Shown piece after piece: positions 50,075 to 59,303 of a stretch of 64,000 nucleotides of DNA. Source of the DNA: an uncultured Chloroflexia bacterium (GTDB lineage: Bacteria; Chloroflexota; Limnocylindria; QHBO01); assembly GCA_963839635.1 (NCBI GenBank), contig CAWIVT010000007.1, positions 31,506 through 95,505 of the forward strand, in the 5' to 3' direction. The notes below the pieces were generated by a model. The model was not told the origin of the DNA. It made no database searches and was given only the letters and a program-made list of their open reading frames with translations. How positions within the stretch are numbered: the first letter of the stretch is position 1; each line of letters opens with the position of its first letter. The position numbers and the translations under genes are program-made.

Positions 50075-51175
50075 TTATTCGGGCGGCGGCCGAAGTCCCT
50101 CGCGTTCGAGAATCGCCGTGGCGATCCGGTCCCCGACCTTCGTCCAGTCGTAGACGGTTTCCGCCACGTCTCGGGCCACCGCGCCCATCCGCCGAGCCTC
50201 GGCCTCGTCCAGGAGCAGCGGCAGCATCGCCTCGGCGAGCTCCTCGGCCGACTCACCGGCCGACGCCACCCCGACTCCGTAGCGCTCCACGATGCGCCGC
50301 GTCTCCGTTCGAGGCGTGATCACGGTCGGCCGGCCGGCGGCGAGGGCATCGAAGATCTTCACCGGGAGCGTCGCATCCCAGTAGGGGTTCGGCGGATGCG
50401 GGATGCAGAACAGGCTGGCCTGGCGATAGGCGAAGTTGAGCTCGCCGGTCGGCACCGTGTCCATCTGGATCCACCGCTCCCGCCGGATCTGCTCGTTGAG
50501 AGCGGCCAGGTACCTCTCGCCGCCCTCCGCCGTCGGCAGCAGCCAGAGGAGCAGGCGCAACGTGGGGATCTCGTCGCGCAGGAGCCGCGCCGCCTCGATG
50601 AGCATCTCGATGCCGCGGCCCGGCGCCGCCCCCGACGTGAACCCGATCGCGGGCTCCTCGGGCCACACACCCGGAACGATCTGCTCGATGTCCGTCCCGT
50701 TCTCTCCGGCGATAACGGTCTCGAGCGGAAGCCCGGCGAGCTCCGCCAACGCAAGGGTCGGCATCACCTGCCAGCGGAACGCGCTCACATTCGCGTCTCG
50801 CTTCCTGCGCAGGGCCCTGGCAAGCTCGGGCGCGAGCTCGACACCCAGGGCGGCGTGATGCGGGATCGGGTCGTCGTAGATCGCGACGGCGACCATGTCG
50901 GCACGCTGCTGCACCCGTCGCACGACGTCAGGGTCGAGCATCTCGCCCGATACCAGCCTCGGACGCGGGCGCCGATCCCGACGCCACGGGAGCTGATGGC
51001 CGCCGGAGTCGAGTGCCGGGCGGATGCCCTCCCACGCCCAGCCGGAGACGATCTCCGCACCCGTTCGCTCCGCGAGGCGCCGAAAGATGTGGCGTCGCCG
51101 CCGCTCACCGCCCGAACGCTCGCGCCGGCCCCCGAGGACGGCGACCCAGCGATCCGATCCGGTGCTCTCAGCCAC
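50075..51175 (-). CDS. divergent GT1/GT4-like glycosyltransferase (partner copy B)
   Basis: GRGIEMLIEAARLLRDEIPTLRLLLW...DATLPVKIFDALAAGRPTVITP. The N-terminus SDRW...RSGGERRRRHIFRRLAERTGA parallels copy A (SDRW...RWGGDLRRTHLFRGLASRTGA). Confidence 0.65.
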   Translation of the reverse strand: MAESTGSDRWVAVLGGRRERSGGERRRRHIFRRLAERTGAEIVSGWAWEGIRPALDSGGHQLPWRRDRRPRPRLVSGEMLDPDVVRRVQQRADMVAVAIYDDPIPHHAALGVELAPELARALRRKRDANVSAFRWQVMPTLALAELAGLPLETVIAGENGTDIEQIVPGVWPEEPAIGFTSGAAPGRGIEMLIEAARLLRDEIPTLRLLLWLLPTAEGGERYLAALNEQIRRERWIQMDTVPTGELNFAYRQASLFCIPHPPNPYWDATLPVKIFDALAAGRPTVITPRTETRRIVERYGVGVASAGESAEELAEAMLPLLLDEAEARRMGAVARDVAETVYDWTKVGDRIATAILEREGLRPPPE

Positions 51176-51259
51176 CCGCCGAGATGTCCGACGGCTCGGT
51201 CCTCATGGGTGACAGCGTACCAACGTCGGGCCACGGACCGCGTCGCGCGGCCCGTTCGA

Positions 51260-52627
51260 TCAGAACGCTTCGAGGTAGCGGTCGACCTCCCAGGCGCTGA
51301 CCTGCATGCGGTACTCGTCCCACTCCTCGGTCTTGGCCTCCACGAAGCGCTCGAAGATGTGGTCGCCGAGCGCCTCCGCGATGACCGAATCGGCCTTGAG
51401 CTCGTCGATCGCCTCGCGCAGCGTGCCCGGCAGCTGCTTGATCTTGCGGCTCTCGAGCTTGGCGGCGTCGAAGTGGTAGAGGTTCTCCTCCACCGGGTCA
51501 GGTGGGGTCAGCTTGCGCTCGACGCCGTCGAGGCCCGCCGCCAGCATGGCGGCGAAGGCGAGGTACGGGTTCGAGGACGGATCCGCGCAGCGCAGCTCGA
51601 TTCGGACCGAGTTGAACTGGCCCTTGCTGCTCTGCGGGATGCGGATGAGGGCCGAGCGGTTGATGCGGGCCCAGCCGATGTAGACCGGTGCCTCGTAGCC
51701 CGGCACGAGGCGCTTGTACGAGTTCACGAGCGGCGCGAGGACTGCGATCATGCCCCGCGCGTGGTCCAGCACGCCGGCGATGTAGCTCCGAGCCAGCGGC
51801 GAGAGCCCGTACGGGTCCTTCGGATCGCTGAACGCGTTCCTGCCCTTCTTGTCGTCCCACAGGCTCATGTGGGTGTGCATCCCGGAGCCGTTGATGCCGA
51901 AGAACGGCTTCGGCATGAACGTGGCGTACAGGCCCTTCTGCGAGGCGATCGCCTTGAGCGTGGTCTTGAAGGTGACCGCGTTGTCGGCAGTGCGAAGCGC
52001 ATCGGCGTACTCGAAGTCGATCTCGTGCTGGCCGGTGGCGACCTCGTGGTGCGCCGTCTCGACGCGGATCCCGAACTCCTCGAGCGCGTTCATCATCTCC
52101 TTGCGGACCTCGGTGCCGAGGTCCTCGGAGAGATCGAAGTAGCCGGCGGCGTCGTGCGGCAGCGGCTGCACGGTGCCGTTCTCGCGCTGGAGCAGGAAGA
52201 ACTCGAGCTCAGGCCCGGTGTTGAGCGTGAAGCCGAGCTTCTTCGCCCGATCGAGCTGGCGCCGCAGCACGCCGCGCGGGTCGCCGGGGAACGGATCGCC
52301 GTTCGGGTCGTACACGTCGCAGATGACGCGCGCGCTGCCGGTGTGCAGCTTCGTCTTGCCATCCGGACCGATGCCGGGCTCCCATGGGATCGGGCTGAAC
52401 GTCGTCAGGTCCGGCACCAGGAACATGTCCGACTCGGCGATGCGGGTGAACCCCTCGATGCTCGAGCCGTCGAACCACTTGCCGTGCTCGACCGCCTCTT
52501 CCAGCTGGTGCATCGGAACCTGGACGCTCTTCACCTGGCCAACGATGTCCGTGAACTGGAGGCTGACGAAGCGAAGGTTGCGGTCCTCCGCCAGCTTGAG
52601 GGCGTCGGCGAGCTTGGGGGTGGCCAT
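51260..52627 (-). CDS. glnA: glutamine synthetase, type I
   Basis: ATG at 52627 with GAGGAA upstream. FVSLQFTDIVG...FDGSSIEGF...GSGMHTHMS...NSYKRLVPGYEAP...RIELRCADPSSNPYL. 455 aa. Confidence 0.9.
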   Translation of the reverse strand: MATPKLADALKLAEDRNLRFVSLQFTDIVGQVKSVQVPMHQLEEAVEHGKWFDGSSIEGFTRIAESDMFLVPDLTTFSPIPWEPGIGPDGKTKLHTGSARVICDVYDPNGDPFPGDPRGVLRRQLDRAKKLGFTLNTGPELEFFLLQRENGTVQPLPHDAAGYFDLSEDLGTEVRKEMMNALEEFGIRVETAHHEVATGQHEIDFEYADALRTADNAVTFKTTLKAIASQKGLYATFMPKPFFGINGSGMHTHMSLWDDKKGRNAFSDPKDPYGLSPLARSYIAGVLDHARGMIAVLAPLVNSYKRLVPGYEAPVYIGWARINRSALIRIPQSSKGQFNSVRIELRCADPSSNPYLAFAAMLAAGLDGVERKLTPPDPVEENLYHFDAAKLESRKIKQLPGTLREAIDELKADSVIAEALGDHIFERFVEAKTEEWDEYRMQVSAWEVDRYLEAF

Positions 52628-52722
52628 AGGGGTTCCTCGTTGAAAAGACGGAATGGGACGCCGATCAGCGTACGTCGCGAGGCTCCGACGGAGGGCCTCA
52701 GGCACCCTCGCGAGACCCTCGA

Positions 52723-52745
52723 GGCTTGTGCAGATCGCACAAGCC
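52723..52745 (-). terminator. stem-loop immediately after the PucR-like gene
   Basis: GGCTTGTGC / GCACAAGCC, a 9-bp perfect stem with a 5-nt loop, starting 3 nt after the stop. No U-tract. Confidence 0.35.
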
Positions 52746-52747
52746 TG

Positions 52748-53614
52748 TCAGCGATCGGCGTCGGGCCCGCGCATGAGTCGCAGGGCGTCCTCGGGCCGTC
52801 GGGGGTCGATTCCCAGCTCCGCCTGCGCCCTCCGCAGCCGGTAGAGCACCGTATTGCGGTGGACCCCGAGGGCTCGAGCCGCGGGCGCGATCCGGCCGTT
52901 CGCGCGAGCCACGGCCAGCAGGGTGTCGCGCATCGGGTCGCCGGTCGCCGGCTGCTCCTTCGGCATGCGCCTGGCACCTGCCGGCTCGGGCGCTCGACGA
53001 CGCAGCAGCGCGCGCAGGGTGACGGCCAGTGCGTCGAGGCCCAGGGCATCGATGCGCGCCGGCGGCAGGTCGTCGAAGAGCCATGCCGACGCTCCGGGAT
53101 GAATCATTCGCTCGAGCACCCACAGCCCGTCGCGCGTGCGGCGGGACGCGTTGCCGGCGTCGCTGCGCTCGGCCAGCAGCCGCGCATGGGCGGCCGCGAA
53201 GCGCGTGGCGAGCGTCCGTCCCGCCGGGCGTGGGTTGAGCGCGCGCAAGGCCCCGTCGACGGTCACGGCGATCCCGCGTCGCAGCCGGACGGCCAGGACG
53301 CCGGCCGGTGCCGCGGGCTGCGGGTCGGCCAGCGCCGCCTCCGCGCCTGCGAGACGAATGTCACGCACGAACGCCGCGAGCTGTTCGGGCTCGTCGTCCA
53401 GGTAGCGCTCCATGGCCGCCGCCACCGTGGCGACCGGACCTGCCCCGAGCAGGATCGGCGGGCCGACCGCCGAGGCTTCAGGGCTCGTCGGCCCGTCGGA
53501 GACGACCCAGACCGCGACCGGCATGGCGCCACCCGTCTCTCCGAGCGCGGCGACGAGCGGGTCGAGCCCGTCGCTTCCCAGGATCGATGCATCCACGACC
53601 AGCAGCCGCTCCAT
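52748..53614 (-). CDS. PucR/CdaR-family helix-turn-helix transcriptional regulator
   Basis: C-terminal HTH: RIAPAARALGVHRNTVLYRLRRAQAELGIDPRRPEDALRL. ATG at 53614 (MERLLVVD...) is preferred over the track start at 53647. Confidence 0.7.
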   Translation of the reverse strand: MERLLVVDASILGSDGLDPLVAALGETGGAMPVAVWVVSDGPTSPEASAVGPPILLGAGPVATVAAAMERYLDDEPEQLAAFVRDIRLAGAEAALADPQPAAPAGVLAVRLRRGIAVTVDGALRALNPRPAGRTLATRFAAAHARLLAERSDAGNASRRTRDGLWVLERMIHPGASAWLFDDLPPARIDALGLDALAVTLRALLRRRAPEPAGARRMPKEQPATGDPMRDTLLAVARANGRIAPAARALGVHRNTVLYRLRRAQAELGIDPRRPEDALRLMRGPDADR

Positions 53615-53749
53615 CGCCGATATCCGGCAGGTGCGGCGGTGCCGCACGGGTCCTGGCGATGCCGCGCACCGGCCGGCCGAGCTGCTCGACCGAACCGGAC
53701 ACCAGGCGCGCCTGGGGGTCGATCGCGCGCCACAGGTCGAGGATGCTCG

Positions 53750-54996
53750 TCATGAGGTCCGTGCCAGCAGCCGCCCGAGGCGGTCGAGCTCGTCCGCGGG
53801 CCGATCGAAGCGCTCCCCGCGCAGGAGAAGCTCGAGCTCGCCGCCGCGCGAGCGCACGGTAACGCGCCGGCGCGGAAGCCAGAAGCCGACGGCGAGGGCG
53901 CCGCACAGGGCCATGGCCCCGCCGAAGAGGATCAGCAGGCCGGGATCGCGGCGCGACAGGAAGGTCACCCACGCGTCGAAGCCGATGAGCTCCACGCGCA
54001 GGTCACCGACGCGCACCTCGTCGCCGGGCACGCAACCGCGCGCTGTCGATCAGCCCCGACGCCCCTACTACGCTCACCCCGAGCTCGTTGCGCGCGGCAT
54101 CGGTCACCGCCAGGCCAAGGGTCACCCCCGCCGTCGGCAGCTCGGTGGAGCCGACCGGCGTTCCGTCGCGCACCTGGTCGAGGGGGATGGGCGCATCGAG
54201 CACCGCCGATCCACCCAGCGTCGTGACTCGCAGGCGCACCGCCGGCCCGTACGTCCATGGGTGAACCATGAAGCCGTCGAACTCGCCCGGCTCGTTGACG
54301 CGCAGCACATCCGTGCTCACCGGATCGCCATCGCGCAGGAAGGTGACCTCGGTGTCCAGCCGGCTCGGCCGATCGTCCGGGCCGAACTCGGCCTCGAGTC
54401 GCTCGAGGCGCACGGCGGACGCGAACCCGCTGCGCGGGCTGTCGAGCAGCGCCTGGTCCCCGGGGAGCAGCGAGAAGACCGTCTCCGACCCGAACGCGGC
54501 GCCGATCGCCGCGCCGAGCACGACGACCACGAGGGCGAGGTGGCTCGACCAGGCCGGCGAAGCGGGACCATCCGCGTCGGACGCCGTGCACCGCGGACCG
54601 CGCGCCGGCGCCCTCGGTCCGGACGCGATAGCCCGCGGCGCGCAGGACGCTGTCCACCTCGGCCAACGTCGGCCGGCCCAGCTGCAGGCGGAGGGTTCCG
54701 GCGCCGGCCTGTACGGCGCCCGGCCTTCGCCACTCGCGCCAGGCGGTCGGGGCCCGCACCGCCACCGCCGCGACACCGCTCACGGCGAGAATCCCGAGCA
54801 GGACGGCATACGGCCATGCCTCGAGCAGGCGTGGTCCGTCGGGGAGAAACGCGGCCGCCGCGTTGGCCGAGCCGGTGAGCAGCAGCAGGACCAGCCCGGT
54901 CCGAGCGTCGCCCACCGCGCGGAGGGTCCGCTCCGCGGCCCTGGCCAGGCGGTCGCCGGCCGGCGCCGCCGCGCTGGCGACGCGTGAGGACGTCAT
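53750..54996 (-). pseudogene. resB: ResB/Ccs1-family cytochrome c biogenesis protein, two frameshifts as assembled
   Basis: N-terminus ...ARTGLVLLLLTGSANAAAAFLP in one frame, WSSHLALVVVVLGAAIG...LRVNEPGEFDGFMVHPWTYG in a second. VPGDEVRVGDLRVELIGFDAWVTFLSRRDPGLLILFGGAMALCGALAVGFWLPRRRV reads in a third. Switches are near 54560 and 54033. Confidence 0.7.
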
Positions 54997-56175
54997 CCCG
55001 CCTGGCGAGCGGCGCCGACGAGATCCTCGATCAGGTCCGCCTCGTCTTCGAGGCCGATCGAGACCCGCACCATGCCAGGCGACAGCCCGGCGGCGGCGAG
55101 GTCGTCATCGGCCAGCTGACGGTGGCTCGAGCTGGCCGGGTGGCTGACCAGCGTCTCGACGCCACCGAGGCTGGTGGCGTGCACGGCAACGCGCACCCGA
55201 TCGAGGAACTGCTCGCCGTGGGCACGGCCTCCGGCGAGCTCGACGGCCATCATGCCGCCGGCCATGCCGTCGCGCAGGGTGCGCACCGCGAGATCGTGCT
55301 GAGGATGTGACGGAAGACCCGGATACGGACGCGCGCAACGCCCGGCGCGCCCTCGAGCGCTTGGGCGACGGCGAGGGCGTTGGCCGAGTGGCGCTCCATG
55401 CGGAGCGCGAGCGTCTTCAGCCCGCGGAGCGCCAGAAAGGCCTCGAACGGCGATGCGTTTCCGCCGGCGGTGATGATGACCTCGCGCGGCGGGCTGGACG
55501 CGATCGGCGGCTCCGACGAGCGCGCCGCCGATGATGTCCGAGTGGCCGCCGATGTACTTCGTCATCGAGTGCACCACGAAGTCGGCCCCGAGCGCGAGCG
55601 GGTTGGCGAGTGCCGGCGACGCAAACGTGTTGTCCACGGCGACCAGGACGCCGCGAGCGTGGGCCAGGTTCGCGAGCGCGGCAATGTCAGCCACCGCCGT
55701 GGTCGGGTTGCTGATCGTCTCGAGCCAGAGGAGCCGGGTTCGCGGGCCGATCGCCGCCTCGACCTGCTCCAGGTCGGTCGTGTCGACCGACCGATGCTCG
55801 ATTCCGGACCGCTGCGAGCACCGAGCCCGTCAGCCCGACCATGCCCCCGTACACGGCTCGCGGGATGACGATGTCGTCTCCACTGCTCAGCACCGACATC
55901 ACGAGCGCATGGATGGCCGCCATGCCCGAGGCGGTCACGACGCCCGCCTCGGCTCCCTCCAGCTCGGCGACGGCCGCCTCCAGCGCCGCGTGGGTCGGGT
56001 TCGAGTGCCGCGTGTACGAGTGGCCCGCGCGCTCGAACGACAGCAGCCCGGCCAGCTCGGACGCATCGGCGACCTCGAAGGTGGCTGTCTGGTAGATCGG
56101 AACGTTGACCGGTGGCTGCGGCGCGTCGGGGACGCGGCTCGCCGCTCGGATGGCCCGCGTCGAGAAGCCCGGCAT
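54993..56175 (-). pseudogene. Cys/Met-metabolism PLP-dependent enzyme (cystathionine gamma-synthase / O-acylhomoserine sulfhydrylase family), at least three frameshifts as assembled
   Basis: MPGFSTRAIRAAS...PIYQTATFE...YTRHSNPT...ASGMAAIHA; then IEHRSVDTTDLEQVEAAIGPRTRLLWLETISNPTTAVADIAALANLAHARGVLVAVDNTFASP...[12 protein letters not shown] (PLP-Lys); then ...SLGGVETLVSHPASSSH...VRVSIGLED. Switches are near 55815, 55505 and 55330. Its stop overlaps the resB start (ATGA). Confidence 0.75.
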
Positions 56176-56236
56176 GGCTCGTGAGTCTAGCAGCGGATTG
56201 GCATCATCCTGCGCGGGCCGATAGGATGGGAGCCCC

Positions 56237-57398
56237 ATGCAGCGCTTCCGATCTCGTGCTGCCGTGCTCGGCATGGGTGGCCTCCTCCTCGTCGCCGTTC
56301 TCATCGGGGCGGGTGCCATCATGCTCACGGCAACGCCGGACCCCACCCCGACGCCCCACCCCGACGGCGAGCCCGAGCCCGACGCCGACGCCATCGCCGA
56401 CGCCGACGCCGACACCGAGCCCGACGCCCAGCCCGTCACCCACCCCGAGCCCGACCCCGGTGGCGGTGTGCCCGATGAACGGCCAGCAGCTCGCCGATCC
56501 GGCCCTGGCGCGCCGCGTCCCGATCCTGGTGCAGATCGAGAACAATCCAATCGCTCGACCGCCCTCCGGACTCAACCTGGCCGATCTCGTGATCGAGGCA
56601 CCGGTGGAGGGCGACACGACGCGCTTCGCGGCGGTCTACATGTGCAGCCCGCAGCGTCGGTGCGGCGGTCGGGCCCGTGCGCTCGGCGCGCTATTTCAAC
56701 GTCGACCTGTGGCAGCAGATCCGGGCGGTCACGTTCAACTTCGGCGCCGCTCGCGCGGTGCTCGGATCGCTTCCACGAGGTCGGGGTGCCGTACCTCAAC
56801 GGCATTCGCGGCGGCTGGCCGTTCTTCTACCGGGCCGGATCGTGGGAGGCGCCGCACAATGTCTACTTCGAGCCCGATGCCGGCTCGCGCCGAGCTCGAG
56901 ACCGGAGGGCTCCAGGAGCTGGCCGGGCTCGCCGGCGAGGTCCGCGCGCCCTTCACGTTCGCCGACGCGCCCGCGCTGCCCGGAGGCCGGGCCGTCAACT
57001 CGGTCGGCCTGACCACGGCCAGCTTCTGGCACTTCGGCTGGGAGTGGGATCCGGCCTCCGGAACCTGGCTTCGCGTCGACGGGGGAGCGCCGAACTTCGA
57101 CGCGGTCACCGGGGACAGGATCAGCGCGCGGACCGTGGTGGTCCAGGTCGTGCGGCAGGACACCCTGGTCAACGAGCTGGACCCGGGCGGGTATCCGCGT
57201 CGCTATCAGCACCTGGTCGACGAGGGCAGCGGCGTCATCTACCTCAACGGATTCGGCCTCGACGTCCGCTGGTCGCGAGCGGCCGAGGGCGACGTGACGA
57301 CGTGGACCTACGCCGACAGCGGGGAGCCGGTGGTGCTGCCGCCGGGTCGCGTGTGGTGGGAGATCATCCCGGCGGGGAGCGCGATCTCGGAAGGCTGA
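56237..57398 (+). pseudogene. DUF3048 (YerB-like) domain protein, paralogue 3, at least four frameshifts as assembled
   Basis: TM anchor GGLLLVAVLIGAGAIML, a (Pro-Thr/Ser)n linker, then VQIENNPIARPPSGLNLADLVIEAPVEGDTTRFAAVYMCS, VRSARYFNVDLWQQI, DRFHEVGVPYLNGIRGGWPFFYR and ELETGGLQELAG...VVVQVVRQD.... These segments are spread over three frames (track ORFs 56112-57398, 56237-57439, 56677-57012). Confidence 0.7.
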
Positions 57399-57421
57399 GC
57401 GCACGGAGGGCTGGTCGGGGC

Positions 57422-59128
57422 TCAGTGCTCCGGGGTTGATCGGTCGCCCTCGCCCTTGACCGGCGACAGAAAGGCGTCCATGGCGCGCCGGATCTGGTGG
57501 TCGGGATCGAACGAGCGACTCGCGGTCGCGATCCGGCGACGGACCTCCTGCGGATCGGCGTCGTCCTCCTCCTCGGTGTGCCGGTGCGCGGCGGGCTCCT
57601 CGGTCACCACCGGTCCCAGCTCGACCGCAACCGCCCGAACCTCGGGAGTCGCGATTGAGACGGCCGCAGCCCCGCGAGCCGGGTGGTCCGTGACGCGACG
57701 GCTCGCGGCCGGTGCCGAAGCCGATGCTGGGGGCGTGGCCGAAGGTTTGGGCGCCGCCGATGCAGACGCAGATGCCGCCGGCGAAGCGGGTGACGACGGC
57801 TCCGGAGCTGCCGGCGCCTCAGCCGCGGGTTCCGGCTCGGGTGCCTGCTTCGCAACCGGCGCCTCGCGCGGAACCGCCGGCTCGTGCACGTCCGCGAAGG
57901 TGGAGCGGCGGGCAAGCAGCGCCGGACGCGGGCGCGGGTTCCCGCTGATCTGGTTCTTGCCAAGCTTCTTGGCCTGGTACATCGCCCGGTCGGCGGACGT
58001 CATCAGCTCCTCGGCCGAGAGACCATCCTCCGGGTGCGACACGAGTCCGATGCTGACGCTCGTCAGCGGCTCCGCCGCGGCCATCGCCATGCCGACCTCT
58101 TCCGCCCCGGCACGGATCTTCTCGGCCACGACGAACGCGCCCACGATCTCGGTCTCAGGCAGCAGGACCACGAACTCGTCACCGCCGTAGCGGTAGGCGC
58201 TGTCGACGTTCCTGATCGAGGTGCGGATGACCGCGCCAACCGCCCGCAGGACGTCATCGCCGCGCAGGTGGCCGGTCGTGTCGTTGATCAGCTTGAGGCC
58301 GTCGACGTCGATCATGAGCACGCAGAATCCCCGATCGCTGCGTCGGGTGCGGCTGACCTCCTGCTCGAGCGTCACGAAGAGCTGGGAGCGGTTGAAGAGG
58401 CTGGTCAGCGGATCGGTCCGCGACAGCGCCAGCGCGTGCGCAACCGCGCGCCGCTGGTGGCCCGCGTAGGCGATCGCGACGAAGGCGAGCAGCCAGGTGG
58501 CGCCCAGCCCGATCGAGAGGCGCAGCCCGTCCTCGGGCGCGTACGACATGAGCTGCGGATCCAGCAGGAGCACCGCGGCGAACGTCGCGGTGGCGAGCCC
58601 CGCGGCCGCAAGCCCGGCCTGGGGGCCGTAGGCGAGCGCCGCAGCGACGGACACCAGGGCGAAGAGCATGGCGAACGGCGACGAGGCGAATCCAGTCAGC
58701 GCCAGCAGGCCGCCGATGAGGGCCACCGCGGCCACGATCTCCGCGGCCCGCAGGAGCCTGCCGCGATCCCCCTTGCCGAGGATCTCGTGGAGGACGACGA
58801 CCGTTGCCACGGCGATCCCACCGAGGAGGAAGATCGCTCGCTGGTCAGCGACGAACGAGCCGCTCAGACCGACTCCAAGGAGCACGATGGTGACCGTCAG
58901 CCACCAGGCGACGCGCAGGGTCGATTCGGTGCCCTTCTGGTCCCGAACGACTGCGGCGCTGGGATGGGAGACGCCGGCCGCGGGCGGCATGATCGCGCCC
59001 CGATCGGCCTCATCGTTGCTGACGGTACGCTCGCCGGGCATGCGACGGCCCGCCAGCATGGCTCCCACGAGGAGCACGCCGACGAGTAGCAAGGTCACTG
59101 CGATGATGGCGAGCTCGGGTGGCAGCAC
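57422..59128 (-). CDS. membrane-anchored diguanylate cyclase (GGDEF) with Ala/Pro-rich C-terminal tail
   Basis: About 6 N-terminal TM helices. GGDEF domain: DPLTSLFNRSQL...LMIDVDGLKLINDTTGHLRGD...YRYGGDEFVVLL...ADRAMYQAKKLGKN. A ~150-aa low-complexity A/P/E tail. The start is uncertain: GTG at 59128 is preferred, and the track start at 59305 abuts the divergent gene. Confidence 0.8.
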   Translation of the reverse strand: MLPPELAIIAVTLLLVGVLLVGAMLAGRRMPGERTVSNDEADRGAIMPPAAGVSHPSAAVVRDQKGTESTLRVAWWLTVTIVLLGVGLSGSFVADQRAIFLLGGIAVATVVVLHEILGKGDRGRLLRAAEIVAAVALIGGLLALTGFASSPFAMLFALVSVAAALAYGPQAGLAAAGLATATFAAVLLLDPQLMSYAPEDGLRLSIGLGATWLLAFVAIAYAGHQRRAVAHALALSRTDPLTSLFNRSQLFVTLEQEVSRTRRSDRGFCVLMIDVDGLKLINDTTGHLRGDDVLRAVGAVIRTSIRNVDSAYRYGGDEFVVLLPETEIVGAFVVAEKIRAGAEEVGMAMAAAEPLTSVSIGLVSHPEDGLSAEELMTSADRAMYQAKKLGKNQISGNPRPRPALLARRSTFADVHEPAVPREAPVAKQAPEPEPAAEAPAAPEPSSPASPAASASASAAPKPSATPPASASAPAASRRVTDHPARGAAAVSIATPEVRAVAVELGPVVTEEPAAHRHTEEEDDADPQEVRRRIATASRSFDPDHQIRRAMDAFLSPVKGEGDRSTPEH

Positions 59129-59303
59129 GTACCCCTCGTTCCCCTGGTCCGCGTGAGAATCCCCCGGTAGATCCCGGAGCGAGCAGTATGGGGGCCTGCC
59201 CGAAGATGGTGCAAACGTACTAACCCACCCGTACCACCCCACGCGTGGACAGGACGCACCAGAAGGCGCCAATCGGGGCCGGTGATACACTCGATGGTCC
59301 CTC

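Noticed and set aside
50396-53755. 1119-aa plus-strand ORF, the longest ORF in the track
   Set aside because: It lies antisense to three well-supported minus-strand genes (GT 50075-51175, glnA, PucR regulator). All three share the same codon phase (start coordinate mod 3 = 2) as this ORF. Its first codon positions are therefore the complement of their G/C-saturated third positions, so stops (T first) almost never occur. The product is Arg/Asp/Gly/Val-rich with no family motifs. It is a classic high-GC shadow ORF.
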